Positions 1 to 8,099 of a stretch of 22,574 nt of DNA are shown here, piece after piece. This DNA comes from an uncultured Candidatus Saccharibacteria bacterium (lineage in GTDB: Bacteria > Patescibacteriota > Minisyncoccia > Sungbacterales > SURF-37), in the NCBI GenBank assembly GCA_964505815.1, contig CAZDKA010000009.1:1-22574 (forward strand). The letters are read 5' to 3'. Positions within the stretch are counted from its first letter, which is position 1. Every line of letters starts with the position of its first letter. The notes under the pieces were generated by a model. The model was given only the letters and a program-made list of their open reading frames with translations. It was not told where the DNA came from and did no database searches. The position numbers were made by a program, and so were the translations under genes.

Positions 1-123
1 TCTTTTTCATACAACTCCATTATCTGAAGTTGCATTTCAAAAGAGAATTTCCGAGAGGACTTCCTGGCAAATAGCCAGGGGCCCTTGCAGTGAACCTTAA
101 CATTATCAAAAAGGAGGCAAAAT

Positions 124-651
124 ATGCCGGTATTTTTGGTTCTGGGCACAATCGGCTTCGGCTTGTTGGTGCTCTCACTGATCTTCGATCATGGTGACGG
201 TTTCGATCACGGAGATGTGAGCTCAGGTGGCGATATCAGCGATCACGATTGGCCAGGCTGGCTCAACGTGAAAGTGATCGCTGCGTTTCTTGCAGCCTTC
301 GGGTTTGTTGGGGCATTCGCGCGTTACTACAGCTATTCCATGATGCAGAGTTCGCTCATGGGGTTGGGGGGAGGTCTAGTTCTAGGTGGACTAATGTATT
401 GGTTGCTTTACTTTCTTTACAGCCAGCAAGCTTCAAGCCACGTGACAACCGCCGAAGTACTGAAGTCGCGCGGCGTGGTCAGCATCGCGATCAGAGATGG
501 TAGTCCTGGCGAGGTTACGCTTACAGCCAGGGGCAACCAGTACTCCTATGTCGCACGGACCCTGGATGGCAACGAGATCAAAGAGGGGTCTGCGGTTGAG
601 GTTGTCGAGTTTCTCGGCGAAACAGCTGTTGTCAAACCTGTCCGGCAGTAA
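124..651 (+). CDS. NfeD-like membrane protein (YuaF-like), partner of flotillin
   Basis: AAGGAGG RBS 6 nt upstream. Two N-terminal TM segments. C-terminal beta-barrel segment (VVSIAIRDGSPGEVTLTARGNQYSYVARTLDGNEIKEGSAVEVVEF) typical of short NfeD. Lies directly upstream of an SPFH/flotillin gene, as in yuaF-yuaG (floT). Confidence 0.6.
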   Translation: MPVFLVLGTIGFGLLVLSLIFDHGDGFDHGDVSSGGDISDHDWPGWLNVKVIAAFLAAFGFVGAFARYYSYSMMQSSLMGLGGGLVLGGLMYWLLYFLYSQQASSHVTTAEVLKSRGVVSIAIRDGSPGEVTLTARGNQYSYVARTLDGNEIKEGSAVEVVEFLGETAVVKPVRQ

Positions 652-681
652 GTCAAAAACAAGGAGAAAAGGAGGAGATAG

Positions 682-2175
682 ATGGAGGCATTAACCAGTA
701 TGCTCGGAAGCTTGTTCATTCCGGTTGCCGCTGCGGGACTTTTGCTTGTGGTCCTTATGGTCGTGGTGAGAGTGGTCAAGAATTATTACGTCACCGTTCC
801 TCCGAACAAGGCGCTCGTTATCTACGGTAAAGGCGGATACAAACTGATTAAGGGCGGCGCGGTTCTCGTCTGGCCATTTTTCCAGCAAAAAGCCGACCTA
901 GATCTTCGGGAGATCAACATTCCCGACCTGGTGGTTACGGATGCGGTTACTGCGAAAGGCGCCAAGCTTACTGTTAAAGCCGTGGCCAACATTAAAGTCG
1001 GCTCTGAAGACGCTCTTCTGCACAATGCCGTTGAGCGGCTCCTCGGTAAATCCCAAGAAGAGATTAAGAAGATTGCCTACGATACCCTTGAAGGCCATCT
1101 TCGTGACATGCTTGGCAAACTCACCATTGAAGAGGTGAACTCCGATCGCGAAGCTTTCGGGCGAAACATGATCGAGAGCTCGCAGCAGGAACTCGCGAAA
1201 CTAGGGCTGAAAATTGACATCCTGACTCCTAAGGAGTTGTCGGATCCGGATGGCTATCTTGACGCTATGGGTATGCAGGTTGTGGCGGAAGTAAAGAGCA
1301 GAGCTAAAATCGGCGCTGCCAAGGCCGATCGGGAAGCAACCATGCAATCGACCACCGCGCACCGAGAGGGCGAGGTTGCGCATCAGGACAACCTTGCTCA
1401 GGAAGCCGAGGCGCAGAAGAAGACCAACGTCAGAAAGGCCGATTACGACGCCGAGACCAAGGCCGCTCAGGCGAAAGCCGAGCAGGCCCACCCCCTGGCC
1501 ACTGCCGAGGCGCGTAAAGCCGTTGTGGAGCGCGAGCAGGAAGTTGAGCTTGCGAAAACGCGCAAGGCGACCGAAGTGGCGACGGCTGAGGCCGAGCGTA
1601 AGGAGAAGGAACTTCTTGCGACGACGGTGAGGCCGGCTGAGGCCGAAAGGGCTGCTGCTATTGCCACGGCCGAGGGTAAAGCGAGAGCTATCACGATTGA
1701 AGCCGAAGCGAACAAGGCGAAGCAGCAGCTAGAAGGCGAAGGCGCAGCCGCTGCCATCCAAGCCAAGATGCTTGCTGAGGCCGCTGGTATCAAAGCCAAG
1801 CTTCTTGCCGAGGCCGATGGCATACTCAAAAAGGCCGAGGCCTATAAGGAGTTGAACGCTTCCGGTCAGTTCCTCCAGATTCTGGAGGCGGCCCAGACCC
1901 TTGTGCCGAATGCCATCAAGGAGTTCGCGGATGTCATGAAGGCCGCAGCTTCTCCGCTCGGCAATGCCGACAAGATCGTGGTCGTCGACAGCGGCGGCAA
2001 CGGCTCTAACGGTGGCGCCGCGCTTGAGCGTTATGCCGGAGTCGCCCCGCAGATGGTCTTCGGTCTTCTCGAGAAGGCCAAAGCTCTGGGGTTTGATCTC
2101 AGCGGGCTTCTTGACAGGGCCGGCGTAAAGGCTGACGGCGAAGCTGCGGCCGCGCCCGCCGGAAAGAAGAGCTAA
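682..2175 (+). CDS. floT: Flotillin-like SPFH/band-7 protein (FloT/YuaG-like)
   Basis: N-terminal TM segment followed by an SPFH domain. Long Ala/Glu/Lys-rich EA-repeat coiled coil. About 500 aa, close to B. subtilis FloT. GGAG RBS. Follows the NfeD gene. Confidence 0.75.
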   Translation: MEALTSMLGSLFIPVAAAGLLLVVLMVVVRVVKNYYVTVPPNKALVIYGKGGYKLIKGGAVLVWPFFQQKADLDLREINIPDLVVTDAVTAKGAKLTVKAVANIKVGSEDALLHNAVERLLGKSQEEIKKIAYDTLEGHLRDMLGKLTIEEVNSDREAFGRNMIESSQQELAKLGLKIDILTPKELSDPDGYLDAMGMQVVAEVKSRAKIGAAKADREATMQSTTAHREGEVAHQDNLAQEAEAQKKTNVRKADYDAETKAAQAKAEQAHPLATAEARKAVVEREQEVELAKTRKATEVATAEAERKEKELLATTVRPAEAERAAAIATAEGKARAITIEAEANKAKQQLEGEGAAAAIQAKMLAEAAGIKAKLLAEADGILKKAEAYKELNASGQFLQILEAAQTLVPNAIKEFADVMKAAASPLGNADKIVVVDSGGNGSNGGAALERYAGVAPQMVFGLLEKAKALGFDLSGLLDRAGVKADGEAAAAPAGKKS

Positions 2176-2194
2176 CTCCAACTGATTGAGCACG

Positions 2195-2228
2195 GGGCGG
2201 GGTCAACACCTCGCCCCTTTTTCTTTAA
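2195..2228 (+). terminator. Rho-independent terminator after the flotillin gene
   Basis: GGGGCG-loop-CGCCCC hairpin followed by TTTTTCTTT. Confidence 0.55.
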
Positions 2229-2258
2229 ATTTAATAGACAGAAGGCAAGGAGGAATGG

Positions 2259-2774
2259 ATGTTTGGAAGAGGAAAGGAAGCGCTGGAAGCAGTTCAACGC
2301 CTTGAGCCCCAGGTCGCCAAAGTCGGCGGACTGGAAAACCAGGTTAGCCGTCTCACAGATGATGTGGAGGCGCTGACTCGCAGGGTGCGCGCGCTCACTA
2401 CAGGCGATGCACTCGGGGTTATTGCCCGCGAGGTGATTGACAAGATTGACAGAGTAGAGCTCGTTAAAGAAGTGGTGGAGACACTCAGGGCCGAGATCAG
2501 CCAGACGGCAAAGGACGACATGCTTGAGGCCGTTCGCGACCGCGACTTCTCAGACGTAGTTGACCAGAACCGCGTAGAGGAGCTGGTGGTTGAGGCCGTG
2601 GTTGCGCAGATAAAAAACACCCTTCCGCTCAAAGATCTTGTCGCCAAGGTTGCCGAGGAGCTCGTGCAGGGCGACCATCTGGACATCAGCGAGATTGAGC
2701 AAGGCGTGGTGGATGATATGACCGAGCGCATGGAAGTTACCGTAAAACTCACCGGTCAAAAGGAGGAAGAATGA
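2259..2774 (+). CDS. Acidic coiled-coil hypothetical protein in the flotillin operon
   Basis: AAGGAGG RBS. Highly acidic with heptad-like composition and no TM segment. Its stop overlaps the next start (ATGA). Confidence 0.5.
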   Translation: MFGRGKEALEAVQRLEPQVAKVGGLENQVSRLTDDVEALTRRVRALTTGDALGVIAREVIDKIDRVELVKEVVETLRAEISQTAKDDMLEAVRDRDFSDVVDQNRVEELVVEAVVAQIKNTLPLKDLVAKVAEELVQGDHLDISEIEQGVVDDMTERMEVTVKLTGQKEEE

Positions 2775-3229
2775 GCGAGGTGCTTTGGACGCGAGAATTG
2801 AAGATTGACCCGGCTGGCAAAGAAACGCTGGTCATCCACTGCAGCGACTGGCGCTTCGTGGACGCGACGCACGCGTTTCTCCGCGAACATCTGAAAGTCG
2901 CGAGCTATGACCTCGTGGTCGTGCCCGGCGCAATTCACTTTCTTGTTTCGCACTTTTTTCCGAAGTACTCGTGGGTTGCACGCCATTGGCTAAAGTTCCT
3001 TTTGAAGCATCACGGCACAAAGCGAGTCATTGCTTTTAGCCACGCCGACTGCGGCTGGTACAAGTTCATGCATGCTGCCGAAGAGTGGTCCGCGAAGCTC
3101 TTAGCGGCGCAGGCCGAGGATTCACAGCGCGCGGCTCTGGCCATTGCCGACATTCGCGAAGGGGTAGCGTACGAACACTACTTCGTGAACTTCGCGGAGA
3201 ACAAAGTGGCAGTGTCAAAAGTCGTTTAG
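2771..3229 (+). CDS. Small protein with beta-carbonic-anhydrase-like zinc-ligand motifs (CxDxR ... HxxCG)
   Basis: LVIHCSDWRF at residues 20-29 and VIAFSHADCGWY at residues 86-97 resemble the two beta-CA signatures ((V/I)xxCxDSR(V) and (V/I)xGHxxCG), with near-canonical spacing. The domain is shorter than canonical beta-CA. Translationally coupled to the upstream gene. Confidence 0.4.
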   Translation: MSEVLWTRELKIDPAGKETLVIHCSDWRFVDATHAFLREHLKVASYDLVVVPGAIHFLVSHFFPKYSWVARHWLKFLLKHHGTKRVIAFSHADCGWYKFMHAAEEWSAKLLAAQAEDSQRAALAIADIREGVAYEHYFVNFAENKVAVSKVV

Positions 3230-3239
3230 TAAGTTCTTT

Positions 3240-3262
3240 TGGGGCCAAAAGCCCCTTTTTTA
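3240..3262 (+). terminator. Rho-independent terminator ending the flotillin operon
   Basis: GGGGCcaaaaGCCCC followed by TTTTTTATTT. Confidence 0.6.
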
Positions 3263-3303
3263 TTTGTTCGTCTCCGACGGAACGTCGGAGCTACGAACAA
3301 ATA

Positions 3304-3495
3304 ACCCCGCACCAATTTTGTCATCTTGGCATTGGAGGTGTCAGAATAAGAAAAAAGTTAGATGTCTTTTGCGAGGCGCGTGCGCGAATAGCGCATCCCG
3401 TAATGGGACCAGACGCGAGGCGTATCTGCGCAGCAGATCGCCCCGTCTCCGAAGCGCCTCGCCTCGGGAGATCGCGCAAAATTGGTGCTGGGGTA
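3304..3495. repeat. MITE-like structured element with 12-16 bp terminal inverted repeats
   Basis: CCCCGCACCAATTTTG at the left end and CAAAATTGGTGCTGGGG at the right end are reverse complements. A TAA trinucleotide sits on both outer flanks. The interior is GC-rich with several perfect small hairpins (GCGCgaataGCGC, GATCTGCgcaGCAGATC, GCGAGGCG/CGCCTCGC). Confidence 0.35.
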
Positions 3496-3544
3496 AATGT
3501 CGGTTACGCCGCAAATTGGCTATAAATAAGCCACTTTTGAACTA

Positions 3545-3579
3545 TTGACAGCCAAGGCATTATTTGCTATACTTAAGGC
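3545..3579 (+). promoter_or_regulatory. Sigma70-type promoter (TTGACA, 17 bp spacer, TATACT)
   Basis: Consensus -35 and a near-consensus -10 with optimal spacing, about 75 nt upstream of the RBS (AAGGAGGG) and ATG of the 3654 gene. Confidence 0.55.
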
Positions 3580-3653
3580 ACGAAAAAAAGTTCTTTTCTT
3601 TAGTTCCAAACCAGGGTCAAAAGGCCTAAAAAAGCCCAAAGGAGGGCCAAGTC

Positions 3654-4058
3654 ATGAAGAAGCTAATCGCTCTGACGCTCGTGATCGCTCTCGCGTTCTT
3701 TGTTCTCGCTCCTCTGCCGGCCTTTGCAGGCGCAGAGGGCCGCGCGAACACGGCTATCGGGCTCGCGGCGGGCGCGTTTCTCCTCGGCGTGTGGAACGCG
3801 GCCAACGCGAACAAATATCCGCAGCCCTACCCATACCCGTACCCGGCGGACACAGTTATTCTTCCGTACCCGGCTTACGCGGCGCCGCGCATGATCTGGC
3901 CGTCGAACTGCGCCCCGCAGTACGGTAACGTCTATGACGATCCGTACAATCCCGGAATCGCTCGCTACGTGCCCACCGGCCTGATGGAGTGTTCCTGGCC
4001 CAACGGCGCCAGGGTGCTCTATTACCGGAATGGCCAGCCGGTACCTGTGCCCCGCTAG
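3654..4058 (+). CDS. Small secreted Pro/Tyr-rich protein (signal peptide, PYPYPYP motif)
   Basis: Strong RBS. N-terminal signal peptide (MKKLIALTLVIALAFFVLAPLPAFAGA). Own promoter and terminator. GC higher than surroundings. Confidence 0.55.
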   Translation: MKKLIALTLVIALAFFVLAPLPAFAGAEGRANTAIGLAAGAFLLGVWNAANANKYPQPYPYPYPADTVILPYPAYAAPRMIWPSNCAPQYGNVYDDPYNPGIARYVPTGLMECSWPNGARVLYYRNGQPVPVPR

Positions 4059-4082
4059 TAGTCGACGTCTGCGGGTCCCCTG

Positions 4083-4133
4083 CCCCCTTCGTTTGCGTGA
4101 TAATACTATACGCAAGCGAAGGGGCTTTTTTTA
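4083..4133 (+). terminator. Rho-independent terminator
   Basis: CCCCCTTCGTTTGCG-loop-CGCAAGCGAAGGGG, a 14-bp stem, followed by CTTTTTTTATTT. Confidence 0.65.
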
Positions 4134-4170
4134 TTTCTTCCCAAGAACACTTGGCTGTTTGGTGCGTTTT

Positions 4171-4217
4171 TGATTGTTAACAATATGTAGACGATAGTCT
4201 ATAAATTGTTAACAATC
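4171..4217. promoter_or_regulatory. Composite palindromic site TGATTGTTAACA-N7-GACGATAGTC-N6-TTGTTAACAA (copy A)
   Basis: Two 10-bp palindromes (TTGTTAACAA) flank a central near-palindrome. Embedded are a -35-like TTAACA, a 17-bp spacer and TATAAAT, upstream of tsaE. A second copy with identical architecture lies at 9185-9236. Confidence 0.45.
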
Positions 4218-4289
4218 AGAAAGCAGATATAAATCTTGGACAAAGCTCGTTGTTTTCTCTTGTGCGGTTTCTCTGTTACGCTTGAGGTG

Positions 4290-4745
4290 ATGATAAAAAA
4301 AGTTTTGACAAAAAGCGGCAAAGAAACGCAAAAATTGGCAGGAGTTATTGTAAAGAATTTATTAAACAGGCCGTACCGAATTCGGGCAAGCGTCGTTGGT
4401 CTTTCCGGAGAGCTTGGTAGCGGCAAAACCACTCTTATTCAAGGCATAGGCAAGCTGCTCGGTATCAAAGAAAAAATCCAAAGCCCGACATTTGTCATCA
4501 TGAAAAAATACCGGATAGCGCGGGAAAATCTTCCGTGGGGAAACCTTATTCATATTGACGCCTATCGCGTTGAAAAGAGGAAAGAAATTTTTTCGCTCGG
4601 ATTAAAAAATGTTTTCAGGAACCCGAAAAATCTTGTGGCGATTGAGTGGCCCGAAAAAATAAAACGTCTACTGCCCAAGCAAACGCTTTGGATAGAATTG
4701 AAACACAAAGGCGGGAATCACCGGCACATCGTCATTCATGGGTGA
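4290..4745 (+). CDS. tsaE: tRNA threonylcarbamoyladenosine biosynthesis ATPase TsaE (YjeE)
   Basis: P-loop GELGSGKTTLIQGI, then SPTFVI and HIDAYRV motifs characteristic of TsaE. The internal Met at 4290 puts the P-loop at about residue 43, as in E. coli YjeE, but GAGGTG directly abuts this ATG (no spacer). The track ORF starts at 4236, so the start is ambiguous. Confidence 0.7.
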   Translation: MIKKVLTKSGKETQKLAGVIVKNLLNRPYRIRASVVGLSGELGSGKTTLIQGIGKLLGIKEKIQSPTFVIMKKYRIARENLPWGNLIHIDAYRVEKRKEIFSLGLKNVFRNPKNLVAIEWPEKIKRLLPKQTLWIELKHKGGNHRHIVIHG

Positions 4746-4840
4746 GCCACTAGCCAATAGGGTATAGGGTTTAGGGGCGCGTTACCCCAGTGGCTAGACC
4801 CTAGTGGCTATTGGCTTTCTTGTAAGACAGAGTTATTTCT

Positions 4841-7468
4841 ATGACAGGTAAAGGCAAGAAAAACATAAAAAAAAAGCGTTTAGTGCTGATTGATGCTAAT
4901 GCGATTATACATCGCGCTTTTCACGCCTTGCCGCCGCTATCCTCTCCCGAGGGCGAGCCGACGAACGCCGTATATGGCTTTACCGCTATCCTTCTTAGAA
5001 TTATCCGAGAACTAAAACCCGGCTACATTGTCGGAGCGTTTGATACTCCAAAACCAACATTCCGCCACGCGGCTTACAAAGAGTACAAAGCAACGCGGGT
5101 AAAAGCGCCGGACGAACTCTACGCTCAGATTCCGCGGACCAAAGACGTTCTTTCGGTTTTCGGCATTCCTGTTTTGGAGAAGGACGGATTTGAGGCCGAT
5201 GATGTCATCGGCACAGTCGCCGCGAAAGTCGCCAAAAAAAGTCCTGACACGGAAATCGTGATTGTCACCGGTGATATGGATACTCTTCAGCTCGTCAACG
5301 ATAAAACTAAAGTTTGGACAATGCGCAAAGGTGTTTCAGACACGGTGCTCTACGACGAGAAAGCGGTTCGCGAGCGTTTTGGCATCGGGCCGGAATCGCT
5401 TATTGACTATAAAGGGTTACGAGGCGATCCGTCGGACAATATCCCCGGCGTTAAAGGCATTGGCGAAAAAACCGCTTCCGAACTTCTTGCGAAGCACAAA
5501 CACCTGGAAGAGCTCTATCGCTCGCTTGAAAAAGGAACTCTGCCCTTTTCAGAAGCGGTGAAAGAAAAACTCCGCAAAGGCAAAGAGGACGCGTTTTTTT
5601 CGCGTCTGCTCGGCACCATTAAAAAAGACGCGCCGATTTCGTTTGACCCTGCTAAACTTTCGGCAAAGGGATTCGTGAAAAATCAGGCGGTGGAGAAACT
5701 ATTTCGCGAGCTCGGCTTTTTCAGTTTATTGAAGCGCCTTGAAGAAACAGAAGCCGGGAAGAAAAAAAACGAGAAGACAGGTCAGCAGGAGTTGTTTGCC
5801 GGAGCCGGGGGGCTTGCCGCCGTCTCCGACTTTAAAAAAGTTCTTGCAAAAAAGATACCGCAGGAAACCGCCCTGTTTTTTGACGTCTCAGCGGGGCGCC
5901 TTTTCGCATCGTTTGCCGACGGGGAAATATTTTCACTAAGCGCCGCCGACCTCTCAAGCGAGGCCGGGCGTCAGTTCCTGGGAACTGAGAGCAAAAAATA
6001 CATTTTTGACGCCAAGCAGCTATATAAAGCGCTTCTGCAAAAAAAAGTTTATGTTAACGGAATCGTTGATTTGATGATAGCGGCTTATCTTTTAGATCCG
6101 GGCAGGGGCGAATATACGCTCGGCGAACTTTTTGAAAAAGAACTCGGACAAAACCTTCCGAAGTCGGCGGATGAGCAAATAAAAGCAATGTTCGGTCTCG
6201 GTAAAAAAATCGTGCAGCACTTAAGTGACGAAGGACTCTCGGAGGTTTTTGAAACAATTGAACTTCCTTTAACGCCGGTTCTCGCCGAGATGGAAGAGCG
6301 CGGCATTCATCTCGATACTCAGTGGCTCGGCAAATTTTCAAAAACAGTCGGGCGCGAACTTGCCGAACTCACCCGCGCAATTTACAAAGACGCCGGGACG
6401 GAATTCAATATCGCCTCACCACGGCAGGTCGCCGAAGTTCTTTTCGGCAAAATCGGCATAGGCACCAAAGGCATCAAAAAAACCGGCGGCGGCGCGCTTT
6501 CCACCAAGTTCTCCGAGCTTTCCAAGCTGGCGGGCGCTCATCCTGTGGTGGAAAAGATTCTGCGCCACCGCGAACTTTCAAAATTGCAGAACACCTATGT
6601 TGAACCCCTACAGGCGTATCTCGCAAAAGACGGCCGGCTTCACACCACGTTCAACCAGGTCGGGACCGAGACCGGACGCCTCGCCTCCGAACATCCGAAT
6701 CTGCAAAATATTCCCGTCAAGACCGAATTCGGCCGCAATATCCGTAAGGCCTTTGTCGCGGAGCGCGGCTGGACGCTGATTTCTTTTGACTATTCCCAAA
6801 TCGAGCTCCGGATTGCGGCCGATCTTGCCGATGACCAAAAAATGCTTGAGGCCTTTCGGCAGGGGATTGACATCCATTCCATGACTGCCGCCGAGGTGAA
6901 CAATATTCCGCTTGATAAAGTAACTCCGGAGCTCAGGAGAAAAGCCAAGGCCCTGAATTTCGGAGTGCTTTACGGCATGGGCCCGCGCGGTTTTGCGGAA
7001 TCGGCGGGGATTTCCGTGGAGGAGGCCGAGATATTCATTGACGAATACTTCCGAGATTTCCGGGGCATTGCCGAGTTTATTGAAAAAACCAAGGAGTTCG
7101 CCCGCGAAAATGGATATGTTAAAACGGCCTTTGGCAGAAAACGCTATCTTCCGGGGATTGTTTCTCAGCATCCGATGATTCGTTCCGAATCCGAGCGGAT
7201 GGCGGTGAACATGTCCGTTCAGGGGACGGCAACCGGAGACATCATGAAAAAAGCAATGATTGAAGTCAGCCGCATCGTAAAAAGCGAACTTGTAGAGAAG
7301 GCGCGGGTACTTCTTCAAATTCATGATGAGCTGCTTTGCGAAGCAAAAGATGAAGTAACCGAAAAAGCAATAAAAATTATCCGCCAGGCGATGGAAAGTG
7401 TATGGAAAGGGAAGGTGCGCCTGAAAGTTGACGTGAAGAAAGGCAAGAACTGGGCCGAAGCCGAGTAG
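4841..7468 (+). CDS. polA: DNA polymerase I
   Basis: 875 aa with 5'-3' exonuclease, 3'-5' exonuclease-like and polymerase domains. Motif A DYSQIELR, motif B RRKAKALNFGVLYG, motif C QIHDELL. Confidence 0.9.
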   Translation: MTGKGKKNIKKKRLVLIDANAIIHRAFHALPPLSSPEGEPTNAVYGFTAILLRIIRELKPGYIVGAFDTPKPTFRHAAYKEYKATRVKAPDELYAQIPRTKDVLSVFGIPVLEKDGFEADDVIGTVAAKVAKKSPDTEIVIVTGDMDTLQLVNDKTKVWTMRKGVSDTVLYDEKAVRERFGIGPESLIDYKGLRGDPSDNIPGVKGIGEKTASELLAKHKHLEELYRSLEKGTLPFSEAVKEKLRKGKEDAFFSRLLGTIKKDAPISFDPAKLSAKGFVKNQAVEKLFRELGFFSLLKRLEETEAGKKKNEKTGQQELFAGAGGLAAVSDFKKVLAKKIPQETALFFDVSAGRLFASFADGEIFSLSAADLSSEAGRQFLGTESKKYIFDAKQLYKALLQKKVYVNGIVDLMIAAYLLDPGRGEYTLGELFEKELGQNLPKSADEQIKAMFGLGKKIVQHLSDEGLSEVFETIELPLTPVLAEMEERGIHLDTQWLGKFSKTVGRELAELTRAIYKDAGTEFNIASPRQVAEVLFGKIGIGTKGIKKTGGGALSTKFSELSKLAGAHPVVEKILRHRELSKLQNTYVEPLQAYLAKDGRLHTTFNQVGTETGRLASEHPNLQNIPVKTEFGRNIRKAFVAERGWTLISFDYSQIELRIAADLADDQKMLEAFRQGIDIHSMTAAEVNNIPLDKVTPELRRKAKALNFGVLYGMGPRGFAESAGISVEEAEIFIDEYFRDFRGIAEFIEKTKEFARENGYVKTAFGRKRYLPGIVSQHPMIRSESERMAVNMSVQGTATGDIMKKAMIEVSRIVKSELVEKARVLLQIHDELLCEAKDEVTEKAIKIIRQAMESVWKGKVRLKVDVKKGKNWAEAE

Positions 7469-7556
7469 CTGTTCATCGTTGCGGCCAGCCAAGAATATGT
7501 TATATTTTACCCAGTTAGAAGTCGCGTGCGCGGAAATTTTTTCTTGCGAAGGTATC

Positions 7557-7584
7557 TTGACTCTGTCAGATGATGAATATAAAT
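7557..7584 (+). promoter_or_regulatory. Putative promoter (TTGACT, 16 bp spacer, ATAAAT) for the response-regulator gene
   Basis: Hexamers read directly. The promoter is enclosed by an imperfect long-range inverted repeat, GTTAGAAGTCGCGTGCGCG (~7512) and CACGCGCACTACTTCTAAC (~7604). Confidence 0.35.
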
Positions 7585-7651
7585 TAGTTTCGGCTCTGCA
7601 ACAGGCACGCGCACTACTTCTAACGGGGTTTACGGAGCGAAAATAATTGTT

Positions 7652-8056
7652 ATGGCCAAAAACGTTCCTCAAGATAAATCAGTCATACTTATTGTTGATG
7701 ATGATAAGTTTTTACGAACACTCCTCGGAGAAAAGATGAAACGCGAGGGTTTAATTGTTGTTGAAGCCGAAAACGGCCAGGACGGTCTGGTAAAGATGAA
7801 AAGCGACCCGCGGCCTCATTTGGTGCTTCTTGATTTGCTTCTGCCGGTTGTTGACGGTTTCGAGGTTCTTACCAAGATGAATGCGGACCCCGAGCTTAAG
7901 CGCATTCCTGTGGTGGTGCTTTCCAACATCGGACGGGAAGCGGACATCAGGCGCGCCAAAGATCTCGGCGCGAAAGATTACATGGTCAAGGCCTATTTCA
8001 CGCCCAGCGAAATTATAGACAAAATTAAGACAATCCTCCGTCAAGAATACGTATAA
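7652..8056 (+). CDS. Single-domain response regulator (CheY-like receiver)
   Basis: ILIVDDD ... LVLLDLLLPVVDG ... VVVLSN ... KDYMVKAY carries the receiver acidic pocket, phospho-Asp and Lys. No output domain. No kinase in the window. Confidence 0.8.
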   Translation: MAKNVPQDKSVILIVDDDKFLRTLLGEKMKREGLIVVEAENGQDGLVKMKSDPRPHLVLLDLLLPVVDGFEVLTKMNADPELKRIPVVVLSNIGREADIRRAKDLGAKDYMVKAYFTPSEIIDKIKTILRQEYV

Positions 8057-8099
8057 AGGGCTTTGTCTATTTTTGCGAGACGCGGTCGACGCAAAAATA

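Noticed and set aside
1-10. Possible minus-strand gene start at the window edge (CAT at 8-10 preceded on the minus strand by GGAG)
   Set aside because: Only three codons are visible, so it cannot be evaluated.
1467-1829. Antisense ORFs inside the flotillin gene (for example 1467-1829 -, 1201-1491 -, 1376-1630 +)
   Set aside because: They are artefacts of the GC-rich Ala/Glu repeat region. Their translations are low-complexity Ala/Ser/Arg strings.
2294-2752. 152-aa minus-strand ORF inside the coiled-coil gene
   Set aside because: The product is a Ser/Thr-rich low-complexity string. The + strand ORF has a strong RBS and operon context.
6608-7672. 354-aa minus-strand ORF antisense to polA
   Set aside because: polA is unambiguous on the + strand with all three polymerase motifs. 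The antisense product has no features and no RBS.
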